From Candidatus Eiseniibacteriota bacterium (GTDB taxonomy: Bacteria > Eisenbacteria > RBG-16-71-46), in contig JBGPFC010000051.1 of the NCBI GenBank assembly GCA_041483195.1, positions 1 through 21,913 on the forward strand: DNA of 21,913 nt, read 5' to 3'. Positions 1 through 8,036 of this stretch are shown piece by piece (positions within the stretch are counted from its first letter, which is position 1; each line of letters opens with the position of its first letter). Under the pieces are notes generated by a model. The model searched no databases. It worked only from the letters and a program-made list of their open reading frames with translations, and was not told the DNA's origin. The position numbers were made by a program, and so were the translations under genes.

Positions 1-151
1 CGTGGCCCGGGGCGAGGTCGACCGCCGCCGAGGGCGTCGCGGATCCCTTCGCAGGCCGGCCGAAACGACGATCGACGCGCACCACCCAGGATCTCGGATC
101 ATGCGCGCCGACGTTGCGAATACTCGGACAGGCTCCTAGGGGACCACAGCC

Positions 152-814
152 ATGTTCGTCGGACACTATGGCGCGTCGTTCGCCCTCAAGAGAATCGATC
201 CTTCGATTCCCCTCTGGGTACTCTTCATTGCTGTCCAACTCCTGGATGTCTTCTGGGCGCCTTTCATCCTGCTCGGGATCGAGAGGGTCCGGATCGTTCC
301 TGGAATCACGGCTTCCAATCCGCTTGATCTGTACTACATGCCTTACACCCATAGCCTGGTGGCGGCACTCCTCTGGTCGGCGGGGGCGTTCGTCGTCTAC
401 AGACTTCTCCCCCGCACGCGGCCTGTCGGGAAAGCAGCCCTGTGGGTCGCGCTCGCGGTCATCTCCCATTGGGTGTTTGACCTTGTCGTACATCGCCCCG
501 ACCTGCCGCTGTTCGACAACACGGACAAAGTCGGCCTCGGCCTTTGGAATCTTCCGATCGTTGCCTTCGCCCTCGAAGCCGCCCTGCTGTTCGGTGGGAT
601 CTGGCTCTACCTGACGACGGCCCGCGTGCGACGTGCGCCGGTCGCGGTGCTCGGTCTGGTGATGCTGGCGATTCAAGCGTATGTGTTCTTTGGTCCGCCC
701 CCGGTTTCCGACAGGGCCGCGGCGTGGACCGCACTCGCCGCGTACGCCGTCTTTGTGGCAGTCGTGGCGCGCCTGGAACGGCCCCACCGCGCGGTGCCAG
801 AACGAGCCGCCTGA
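152..814 (+). CDS. Integral membrane protein, putative membrane-bound metal-dependent hydrolase-like family (220 aa)
   Basis: N-terminal MFVGHY, then LLDV, YTHSL and SHWVFDLVVHRPDLP motifs (His/Asp pattern typical of this family); several hydrophobic helices. Confidence 0.75.
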   Translation: MFVGHYGASFALKRIDPSIPLWVLFIAVQLLDVFWAPFILLGIERVRIVPGITASNPLDLYYMPYTHSLVAALLWSAGAFVVYRLLPRTRPVGKAALWVALAVISHWVFDLVVHRPDLPLFDNTDKVGLGLWNLPIVAFALEAALLFGGIWLYLTTARVRRAPVAVLGLVMLAIQAYVFFGPPPVSDRAAAWTALAAYAVFVAVVARLERPHRAVPERAA

Positions 815-838
815 CCGACGATTGAATCGGAGGTGAAC

Positions 839-1315
839 GTGGCAACCAAGCTGAAAGGCATTCCCGAGGGTGCGTCAGTCGTCATCCCCAGATTGACGTG
901 CAGGGACCCGGCAGCCGCGATCGAGTTCTGCGCCAGCACGTTCGGTGCGGTCGAGCGCGTCCGACGACCGGGTCCCGACGGAACGGTGGCGCACGCCTTG
1001 ATGACGATCGGCCCGTCCATGGTCATGATCGAGGCCGAGTGGCCCACTCTCCCCAGCCGTGCGCCCAGGGTGGATGGAACCTCGCCCGTCGTGCTGTACG
1101 TCTATGTCGAGGACGTGGACCAGACGGTGGAGCGGGCGGTCGCTGGCGGCGCGACAGTCTTGATTCCCATCACGAATCAGTTCTGGGGCGACCGCACCGC
1201 CTGGATCATGGATCCATCAGGGCACGTGTGGACGATCGCCAGCCGCATCGAAGAGACCACGGAACAACAGAGAGCCGACCGATGGTCCGGCGTTCAGAAT
1301 CCGCCTCCGGCTTAG
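839..1315 (+). CDS. VOC/glyoxalase superfamily protein, PhnB-like (158 aa)
   Basis: AIEFC..TFGA, VAHALMTIG, LYVYVEDVD...ERAVAGGA and QFWGDR...DPSGHVW motifs. GGAGG at 829-833 favours the GTG at 839 over the one at 833. Confidence 0.88.
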   Translation: MATKLKGIPEGASVVIPRLTCRDPAAAIEFCASTFGAVERVRRPGPDGTVAHALMTIGPSMVMIEAEWPTLPSRAPRVDGTSPVVLYVYVEDVDQTVERAVAGGATVLIPITNQFWGDRTAWIMDPSGHVWTIASRIEETTEQQRADRWSGVQNPPPA

Positions 1316-1345
1316 CGACGGCCAGGCAACCAAAGAAGGCGAACC

Positions 1346-1778
1346 GTGTCGTTCGATCATCAGCCGGTTCTGAAGGGCCGGCTCGTCGAACTCAGGCCGC
1401 TTCGTGACGACGACTACGACGCCCTGTACGCTGTCGCCGCCGACCCGCTCATCTGGGAACAGCACCCAACGAGTGATCGGCTCTTCACGCTTCCACGGTT
1501 ACGACCCGGAACGGGGCGAGGTCGAGATCGGGTGGACATTCCTGGCCCGTTCGCACTGGGGTGGCAGCTACAACGGCGAGATGAAGCAGCTCATGTTGCG
1601 GCACGCCTTCCGCTTCGTCGGCTCCGTCGTCTTTCTTGTTGGCTTGCAGAACCTGCGCTCGCAACGGGCCGTTGAAAAGATCGGCGGCGTCCGCACGGGA
1701 TCGAGGCTCGATGCGGGCGGGCGGGACAGCCATGTGTACCGAATCACCGCTTGCGCGTTCGCGCAGCGCAACGGCTGA
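1346..1778 (+). pseudogene. RimJ/RimL-type GNAT N-acetyltransferase disrupted by an internal deletion and frameshift near 1464-1469
   Basis: The frame from 1346 gives LKGRLVELRPL...ADPLIWEQHP. A different frame continues QRVIGSSRF...VEIGWTFLARSHWGG..N.EMK.LML.HAF...NLRSQRAVEKIG to TGA 1778. The segment that normally separates these blocks is absent. Confidence 0.8.
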
Positions 1779-1793
1779 GGGGGAGTCGACTCG

Positions 1794-2615
1794 ATGTCCA
1801 TCACGCGCATCAACGGCGTTCGCCTGTCCTGGGACCTCCGCGGAGAGACCGGGGATCTCCTCGTTCTCGTCCACGGCTCATGGGGCAGCCATCACAACTG
1901 GGATTCCGTCGTCCCCGCGTTCGAACGCTCCTTCCGCGTTCTCACCTACGATCGCCGCGGGCACAGTGAGAGCGAGCGTCCGGGCGGCCAGGGTCGCGTC
2001 GAGGAGGACGTCGCGGATCTGGCGGCGCTCATCGAGCACATCGGTCATGGCCCGGCCCATGTCGTGGGCAATTCCTTCGGCGCCGCGATCGTCCTGCGGC
2101 TCGCCGGCGAACGGCCCGACTTGTTCCGGAGTCTGATCGCGCACGAGCCGCCGCTGTTTCGTCTGCTCGAGCACGACGCGCAGGCCCAGGCGGCGCTCTC
2201 GGCGATCCGTGCGCGCATCGGGGTCGTCGTGCGGATGCTCGAGGCCCATGACCATCCGGGCGGCGCGCGGCAGTTCGTCGAGACGATCGCCTTTGGCCCG
2301 GGAGCCTGGGACCAGCTTCCTCCCGAGCTGCGGGAGACGTTCATCTTCAACGCATCGACCTGGCTCGATGAGATGCGGGACCCGGAGTCGCTCTCGATCG
2401 ATCTCGATCGCTTGCGGGCGTTTCCCGCACGGGCGCTGTTGACGCTCGGCGGACAGAGCCCGCCCTTCTTCCCGCTCGTGGTCCAACAGATCGCTCGGAA
2501 GCTTCCTCGGGCCGTGACGAGCACGTTTCCAGAAGCGGGCCACGTGCCCCACCTGAGCCATCCCGATGAATACGTTGCGACCGTGACGAGCTTCGCCGGC
2601 GAGGCCGCGTCATGA
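1794..2615 (+). CDS. Alpha/beta fold hydrolase (273 aa)
   Basis: LVLVHG oxyanion region, YDRRGHSES, nucleophile elbow GNSFG and C-terminal AGH; GGGGAG SD upstream. Confidence 0.92.
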   Translation: MSITRINGVRLSWDLRGETGDLLVLVHGSWGSHHNWDSVVPAFERSFRVLTYDRRGHSESERPGGQGRVEEDVADLAALIEHIGHGPAHVVGNSFGAAIVLRLAGERPDLFRSLIAHEPPLFRLLEHDAQAQAALSAIRARIGVVVRMLEAHDHPGGARQFVETIAFGPGAWDQLPPELRETFIFNASTWLDEMRDPESLSIDLDRLRAFPARALLTLGGQSPPFFPLVVQQIARKLPRAVTSTFPEAGHVPHLSHPDEYVATVTSFAGEAAS

Positions 2616-2721
2616 TCGGCACCGTGCGCTGTCCCACCGGCCGGCGCGCCTCATCCGACCCTCCGTGTGGAGCGTGCGCGTCGATCATCAATCCGCCTTC
2701 GCCCTGGAAAGGGGCCCCAAT

Positions 2722-2916
2722 GTGAACGCTTCGTCCGCGCGGCGCTCGGCCGTCTACCTCGTCCCCATGGTCATCGCACTCATTGCGGCTCGACGCATGG
2801 TCCCTCAATTGCGGCCTGTGGATTTTCTCATCGTGTTCGCCGCGGGCGCCGTATTCGGGGCAACCCTGGCAGGCGTCATCCGGACCCTGCGAACGCCAGG
2901 AGACACGGCGCCTTGA
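2722..2916 (+). CDS. Small two-helix membrane protein, hypothetical (about 64 aa)
   Basis: Two hydrophobic segments (AVYLVPMVIALIAA; FLIVFAAGAVFGATLAGVI). Purine-rich GGAAAGGGG precedes GTG 2722; start uncertain. Confidence 0.55.
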   Translation: MNASSARRSAVYLVPMVIALIAARRMVPQLRPVDFLIVFAAGAVFGATLAGVIRTLRTPGDTAP

Positions 2917-2963
2917 TCCGATCGGAAGGGTTTCCCCCCACGACCGGAGCCGGGATTCCCGCC

Positions 2964-3071
2964 GTGGAGGCGAGACAGTTCTACGACGATCTGGCCGCCT
3001 ACTACGATCTGATCTTCGAGGACTGGGATGCCAGCATGTCGCGCCAGGGCGCCGCGCTGGAGCGCCTCATG
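2964..3071 (+). pseudogene. N-terminal remnant (36 codons) of a class I SAM-dependent methyltransferase
   Basis: (M)EARQFYDDLAAYYDLIFEDWDASMSRQGAALERLM resembles methyltransferase N-termini (FYD.LA..YDLIF.DW). It stops before any SAM-binding motif I (LDxxCGxG). Confidence 0.6.
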
Positions 3072-3119
3072 CGGCCGCCCCACTTGCTCCCCCCCGGCCG
3101 GCGGCTTCAGTATCCGGCC

Positions 3120-5354
3120 ATGATGACCGGCCAGACGCTCTCCCACTTTCGCATCCTCGAGCAGCTCGGGGACGGCGGCATGGGGGTGGTGTACCGCGCG
3201 CGCGACGAACGACTCGAACGCGACGTGGCGCTCAAGCTCCTGCCCGCCGGCGCGCTGGCGGACGAATCCGCGCGCAATCTCTGCCACCGCGAGGCACGCA
3301 CGCTCTCGCGGCTCAACCATCCGGGGATCGCGACCCTCTACGATCTGGGCCGCGACCAGGGCGCGGATTTCCTGGTGATGGAGTTCGTCGTCGGGGAGTC
3401 GCTCGAGCAGAGGCTCGGCTCGGGTCCGCTGGCCGAGGACGAGATCGCGTCGCTCGGCGATCAGATCGCTGCCGCGCTGCAGGCCGCGCACGAGCAACGG
3501 GTGGTGCACTGCGATCTCAAGCCCGGCAACGTCATGGTCACGCCGCGTGGCCAGGTCAAGCTGCTCGACTTCGGCGTGGCGCGACTGCTGCGCGCGCACG
3601 ACGAGGGGGCGCGCACCAAGGCGATCACCACCGCGCCGGTCGGCACGCTTCCCTACATGGCGCCCGAGCAGCTGCTCGAGCGCGACGTGGATGCCCGCAC
3701 CGACGTCTACGCGCTGGGCATGGTGCTCTACCGCATGGCGAGCGGACGGCTGCCGTTCGAGAACCAGCCGGCGGTGATCCTCGCGAACCAGATCCTCAAC
3801 TCGCAGCCCCCGCCGCCCGGCCGCTTCCGCCCCGATCTCTCGCCGGGGCTCGAGCGCATCGTGCTGCGTTGTATCGAGAAGGATCCCGCGAGCCGCTTCG
3901 CGACCGCCACCGAGGTCGGCGCGGAGCTGAAGGCGCTGCGCGGGGCGCCGCGGGAGCGCGCCGAGCCGCGGCGCATCGAGTCGCTGGCGGTGCTTCCGCT
4001 CGACAACCTCTCCGGGGACCCCGCGCAGGAGTTCTTCGCGGACGGCATGACCGAGGCGCTGATCGCCACGCTCGCCCAGATCGGCGCGCTGCGCGTGATC
4101 TCGCGCACCTCGGTCATGCAGTACAAGGGCGTGCGCAAGCCGCTCCCCGAGATCGCGCGCGCGCTCAACGTCGACGCGATCGTCGAGGGCAGCGTGCTGC
4201 GCTCCGGCGATCGCGTGCGCATCACCGCGCAGCTGATCGCGGCGGCCGACGACCGTCACCTGTGGGCGCAGAGCTACGAACGCGACGCCGGCGACGTGCT
4301 CGCGCTGCAGGGCGAAGTGGCGCGCGCGATCGCCGAGGAGGTGCGCGTGAAGCTGACGCCCCACGAGCAGCAGCGGCTCGCGGGCACGCGCAGCGTGAAC
4401 CCGCAGGCATACGAGGCCCACCTGCGCGGGCGTCATCGCTGGAATCGCCGCACCCCGAGCGAGCTGCACAAGGGCATCGAACACTTCAACGAGGCGATCG
4501 CGCACGATCCGACCTATGCACCAGCTTACGCGGGGCTCGCGGATTCGTACAACATCCTCGCCGACCTCAACGTCGTCCCCCCGCTCGAGGCCGCATCGCG
4601 CGCGCGCGCCGCGGTGAGCCGCGCGCTCGAGCTCGATCCGCAGCTCGCCGAGGCGCACACCTCGCTCGGCTTCATCCGGCTGTTCTTCGACTGGGACCGT
4701 GCGGGGTCGGAGCGCGCCTACCACCAGGCCATCTCGCTCAATCCGAGTTACGCCACCGCGCATCAGTGGCACGCGATGCTGCTCACGAGCCGGGGCCGTT
4801 TCGACGAGGCGCTCGCCGAGGGGCTGCGCGCGCAGGAACTGGATCCGCTCGCGTTCATCATCGGGACGACGGTGGCGGACGTGTTCTTCTTTTCGAGGCG
4901 CTACGACGAGGCGATCGAGCGGCTGCAAAGCATCCTGACGATGGAACCCGGCTTCGTGCCAGCGCACAGCGACCTGGGGCGCGCGCTCGCGCAGAGCGGG
5001 CGGCATGCCGAAGCGATCGAGGAGTTCACGATCGGGGCGCGGCTGGGCGGCGCCGATCCGCGCGCGCATGGCGGGCTCGGGCACACCTTCGCGCTCGCGG
5101 GGCGTCACGAGGAAGCGCGGGCGGTGCTGGCGCAGCTCGAGCAGCGCGCGGCCCGGCTCGAGGCCGGGTCGTTCGCGATCGCGGTGATTCACATCGCGCT
5201 AGGGCAGATCGACCAGGCGTTCGCATGGCTCGATCGCGCCTGCCGCGAACACGATCGCGCGCTGGTGTGGCTCGAGGTGCACCCGCGGCTCGATCCGTTG
5301 CGGGAGGATCCGCGGTTCGCGGAGCTGCTCGCCCGCGTGGGACTCTCGGCGTGA
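3120..5354 (+). CDS. Hanks-type Ser/Thr protein kinase with TolB-like domain and C-terminal TPR repeats (about 744 aa)
   Basis: GDGGMGVVY, VALK, HCDLKPGN, DFG, GTLPYMAPE; SLAVLPLDNLSGDP..EFFADGMTE TolB-like block; TPR-like repeats ending ..LDPLREDPRF. MMTGQTLSHFRI is the typical start, so the 2667 start is spurious. Confidence 0.93.
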   Translation: MMTGQTLSHFRILEQLGDGGMGVVYRARDERLERDVALKLLPAGALADESARNLCHREARTLSRLNHPGIATLYDLGRDQGADFLVMEFVVGESLEQRLGSGPLAEDEIASLGDQIAAALQAAHEQRVVHCDLKPGNVMVTPRGQVKLLDFGVARLLRAHDEGARTKAITTAPVGTLPYMAPEQLLERDVDARTDVYALGMVLYRMASGRLPFENQPAVILANQILNSQPPPPGRFRPDLSPGLERIVLRCIEKDPASRFATATEVGAELKALRGAPRERAEPRRIESLAVLPLDNLSGDPAQEFFADGMTEALIATLAQIGALRVISRTSVMQYKGVRKPLPEIARALNVDAIVEGSVLRSGDRVRITAQLIAAADDRHLWAQSYERDAGDVLALQGEVARAIAEEVRVKLTPHEQQRLAGTRSVNPQAYEAHLRGRHRWNRRTPSELHKGIEHFNEAIAHDPTYAPAYAGLADSYNILADLNVVPPLEAASRARAAVSRALELDPQLAEAHTSLGFIRLFFDWDRAGSERAYHQAISLNPSYATAHQWHAMLLTSRGRFDEALAEGLRAQELDPLAFIIGTTVADVFFFSRRYDEAIERLQSILTMEPGFVPAHSDLGRALAQSGRHAEAIEEFTIGARLGGADPRAHGGLGHTFALAGRHEEARAVLAQLEQRAARLEAGSFAIAVIHIALGQIDQAFAWLDRACREHDRALVWLEVHPRLDPLREDPRFAELLARVGLSA

Positions 5355-6568
5355 GCCGCCGCACGCCGCGCCTCGATGGCCGCGCGAGCGCGAGCGATCG
5401 CGCCGCGCGCGGGTTCGACCGCCGCGCGTTCCTCGCGGCGCTCGCGCGCGCCGGGCTCGGCGCGGCGGCGCTCGCCTCGCTTCCGCCGCTCGCGCGCCGC
5501 GCCATCGCCCAGGCCGCGGCCGCCGGGGTTCCGCCCGAGCTGATCGTGCGCAACGACTTTCCCGAACACCTCGAAACCTCGCTCCAGGCGCTCGGCCGAT
5601 CGTGGATCACCGCGAACTCGCGCTTCTTCGTGCGCAGCCACTTCCCGGCGCCCGAGATCGACCTCGCGGCCTGGCGGCTGGAGGTCGCGGGGCTGGTGCG
5701 GCAGCCGCTTTCGCTCACGCTCGCGGACCTCCGCGCGATGATCTCATCCGACGCGATCCACGTGCTCGAGTGCGCGGGCAACGGCCGTGCGCTGCTGCCG
5801 CTCGCGAGCACCTCGGGCACGCAATGGGAGCGCGGCGCGGTCGGCAACGCGGCATGGGGCGGGGTCGCGCTCGCCGACGTGATCCGGCGCGCCGATCCAG
5901 CGCCCGAGGCGCACCACGTGTGGCTCGAGGCCGCCGATCAGGCGCCGCTGCCCGGCGTGCCGAGATTCCTGCGCAGCCTCCCGCTCGACAAGGCGATGCG
6001 CGACGTGCTGCTCGCGCACACCATGAACGACGGGCCGCTGCCGAAGCTCCACGGCGCGCCGCTGCGCGCGATCGTGCCGGGCTGGTACGGAATGGCTTCG
6101 ACCAAGTGGGTCACGAAGATCCGTCTCGAGGCGGCGCCCTCCGACAATCACTTCATGACGAAGGGCTATCGGTACGTCGCGCCGGGCGGCGATCCCGCGG
6201 CTTCGCCCCCGGTCGAAGCGCTGCGCGTGAAATCCGTGATCACCCGCCCGCTCGATGGCACCAAGCTGCCGGTGGGCACGGTGCGCATCCAGGGGTTCGC
6301 GTGGGCCGGCCCGCCGGGCGTGAAGCTGGTCGAGATCACGAACGACGGCGGCGCCACGTGGCGCCCCGCCGGCTTCATGGGCGACACCGCGCCGCTCGCG
6401 TGGCGCGCGTGGGCGACCGAGTTCGACGTGCTGGCGCCCGCGCGTATCACCGTGAGCGCGCGCGCCACCGACCACGACGATGAGATGCAGCCGCCCGGCG
6501 CGCCGCTCAACACCGGCGGCTACGGCAACAACTCCATTCACACGGTGAGCTTCGATGTCGTGGCGTAG
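5351..6568 (+). CDS. Tat-exported sulfite-oxidase-family molybdopterin enzyme, SorA/SoxC-like (about 405 aa)
   Basis: Twin-Arg signal FDRRAFLAALA..; FFVRSHF; Mo-ligand Cys in LECAGNGR; MNDGPLPKLHGAPLRAIVPGWYGMASTKW; C-terminal dimerisation domain. The GTG start overlaps the kinase TGA (GTGA). Confidence 0.9.
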   Translation: MSRRTPRLDGRASASDRAARGFDRRAFLAALARAGLGAAALASLPPLARRAIAQAAAAGVPPELIVRNDFPEHLETSLQALGRSWITANSRFFVRSHFPAPEIDLAAWRLEVAGLVRQPLSLTLADLRAMISSDAIHVLECAGNGRALLPLASTSGTQWERGAVGNAAWGGVALADVIRRADPAPEAHHVWLEAADQAPLPGVPRFLRSLPLDKAMRDVLLAHTMNDGPLPKLHGAPLRAIVPGWYGMASTKWVTKIRLEAAPSDNHFMTKGYRYVAPGGDPAASPPVEALRVKSVITRPLDGTKLPVGTVRIQGFAWAGPPGVKLVEITNDGGATWRPAGFMGDTAPLAWRAWATEFDVLAPARITVSARATDHDDEMQPPGAPLNTGGYGNNSIHTVSFDVVA

Positions 6569-6911
6569 GCCGATCGCGGTGCTGGTGATCGCGGGTTCGC
6601 TCGCGCTCGCGGTGACGGCGCTCGCCGGGCCGTTTCGCAAGGCGAAGCCGCGCCCGAAGCACCCTCCCGCGACCCTCGCGGTGGCCGCCGATACCACGCG
6701 GCTCCCGCCCGGCATCGGCCCGGCGATCGAGGCACGCTCGTGCGTCATGTGCCACTCGGCGATGCTCATCCACCAGCAGGCGAAGGACTCGCTGGGCTGG
6801 GAGAAGACGATCGCTCAGATGGAGAAGTGGGGCGTGACGCTCAGCCCCGCCGAGCACGACACGCTGCGGGCGTCCCTGCTCGAGCGGTTCGGGCCGCGGG
6901 CGGCGCGCTGA
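6555..6911 (+). CDS. Exported monoheme cytochrome c, SorB-like partner (118 aa)
   Basis: Signal or anchor sequence, single CVMCH heme motif, then QQ...W.KTIAQMEKWG (candidate Met ligand). Overlaps the 3' end of the molybdoenzyme gene. Confidence 0.85.
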   Translation: MSWRRPIAVLVIAGSLALAVTALAGPFRKAKPRPKHPPATLAVAADTTRLPPGIGPAIEARSCVMCHSAMLIHQQAKDSLGWEKTIAQMEKWGVTLSPAEHDTLRASLLERFGPRAAR

Positions 6912-6954
6912 GCCGCGCGTAGCCGGCCCTGCCGAGCGCCTCAATTGCTCCCGC

Positions 6955-7575
6955 TCACCACCGATTCGCGTGCTGCCACCTCGATACCAGCTCCGTGTAA
7001 TCCGCGAAGGTGAGCCGGCGCGGCGAGAGACCGAGCTGCCGACAGGCGGATGGCAGGTGCGACTGAAACTGCGCGTATCGCTGGAACATGGTTTCCGCTC
7101 CCGGAACCAGGGTGTGCCGCGGACGAAGGGCGCTCGCGAGCCAGTTGCGTACCTGCCGCAGCGCTTCGTCCGCGCGGCCGCCGTGCGCCCGAATGTCCTG
7201 CCCCGCGATGTCGGAGCAGAAACGCTGATAGCGGTAGCGGTCGCGATCGAGAATCAGGCAGTTCTTGCGCCGTTGCGGAGCGCTCCCAAACCGCCGCGCG
7301 CCGAGAAACAACCCCAGCTCGAGCGGCATGTTGAATCGCGGGAGGCCGGCCGCGTCGACATCGGTGCGTGAGATGTCATGGATGCCGTAGCGGCACGCCG
7401 ACATCAGCCCGCAGATCTTCTCGAACCGGATCTGCGCTCCGTCATCGATCTCCTGCGCGCAGCGCGGAATGAAGCCGCAGTCGTAGACCGCGAAGATCAT
7501 CGCGAAGAACAACTGTTCGTATTCGGAATCGAACGGAACGTTCAGGAATACGCTGACGTCGTAGCGGACGGCCAT
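6955..7575 (-). CDS. Hypothetical protein with nucleoside 2-deoxyribosyltransferase (NDT)/TIR-like fold (206 aa)
   Basis: Natural-looking composition. VFLNVPFD, GIHDISR and PRFNMPLELG parallel the F-x-x-MPF, IADLT and NPNVxYELG motifs of NDT/TIR-like domains. The gene call is solid; the fold is inference. Confidence 0.75.
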   Translation of the reverse strand: MAVRYDVSVFLNVPFDSEYEQLFFAMIFAVYDCGFIPRCAQEIDDGAQIRFEKICGLMSACRYGIHDISRTDVDAAGLPRFNMPLELGLFLGARRFGSAPQRRKNCLILDRDRYRYQRFCSDIAGQDIRAHGGRADEALRQVRNWLASALRPRHTLVPGAETMFQRYAQFQSHLPSACRQLGLSPRRLTFADYTELVSRWQHANRW

Positions 7576-7608
7576 GACGCACTCGCTGCGGGGCGGGTCG
7601 CCGGGCGA

Positions 7609-7875
7609 CTATTTCTTCTTGGTCGAGCGCGGCTTGTTGTGATCGGCGCGCGTGCGCCGGTCGCTGGATGGCGTAGAGGCTCGCTCACTCCCTCCGAAAG
7701 ACTCGATGCTCACCTTCGGATGTCGCACGATGTTCAGCGCGGCCCTTCCGTGGGGAACTGGTATTTCGAGAGCAAGCTCACGGAACACCTCATCCACCCG
7801 ACCGCGGTCGAGCTTGCTCTTCGTGACAGGAGACTGAATCGTTCGCCTGGTGGCCGGTGATGTGGATTTGCTCAT
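7609..7875 (-). CDS. Small basic hypothetical protein (88 aa)
   Basis: ATG at 7875 with GAGG upstream and a promoter-like element further up; ends 33 nt before the NDT/TIR-like gene. Confidence 0.55.
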   Translation of the reverse strand: MSKSTSPATRRTIQSPVTKSKLDRGRVDEVFRELALEIPVPHGRAALNIVRHPKVSIESFGGSERASTPSSDRRTRADHNKPRSTKKK

Positions 7876-7935
7876 CGTACGCCTCGACGGGGACGAGCGG
7901 AGTTGCGGATCGCGCACGGACGCCGCGCGTGCGTG

Positions 7936-7965
7936 ATGTTATCACCGTCTTTTCGGTGCCGGCAA
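7936..7965 (-). promoter_or_regulatory. Putative sigma70-type promoter TTGCCG-N18-TAACAT with extended -10 (TGa)
   Basis: Minus strand: TTGCCG (7965-7960), then TGA-TAACAT (7944-7936). The -10 lies within the palindrome GTGAT-N3-ATCAC (7933-7945). Confidence 0.5.
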
Positions 7966-8036
7966 CCGCCACGCGGCGATCTGCTCGTAAGCCACCGGCC
8001 GCGCGCGGCGCGCTGACGCTCGAGCGCAATCACGCG

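Noticed and set aside
1..151. Tail of an upstream gene
   Set aside because: Several frames are open but none gives a recognisable protein, so it cannot be called from this window.
70..2686. 13-bp inverted repeat GATCGACGCGCAC (70-82) / GTGCGCGTCGATC (2674-2686) around the accessory genes
   Set aside because: Short and GC-rich, with no transposase and no target-site duplication seen; compatible with chance.
815..2963. Integron attC sites between the small accessory genes
   Set aside because: Most spacers are too short and none shows the RYYYAAC...GTTRRRY pattern.
2783..5350. Apparent 1261 aa ORF (2783-6568) overlapping the kinase
   Set aside because: Only 5351-6568 is protein-like. The upstream part is an Arg/Ala/Gly-rich off-frame read of the kinase gene, expected at this GC content.
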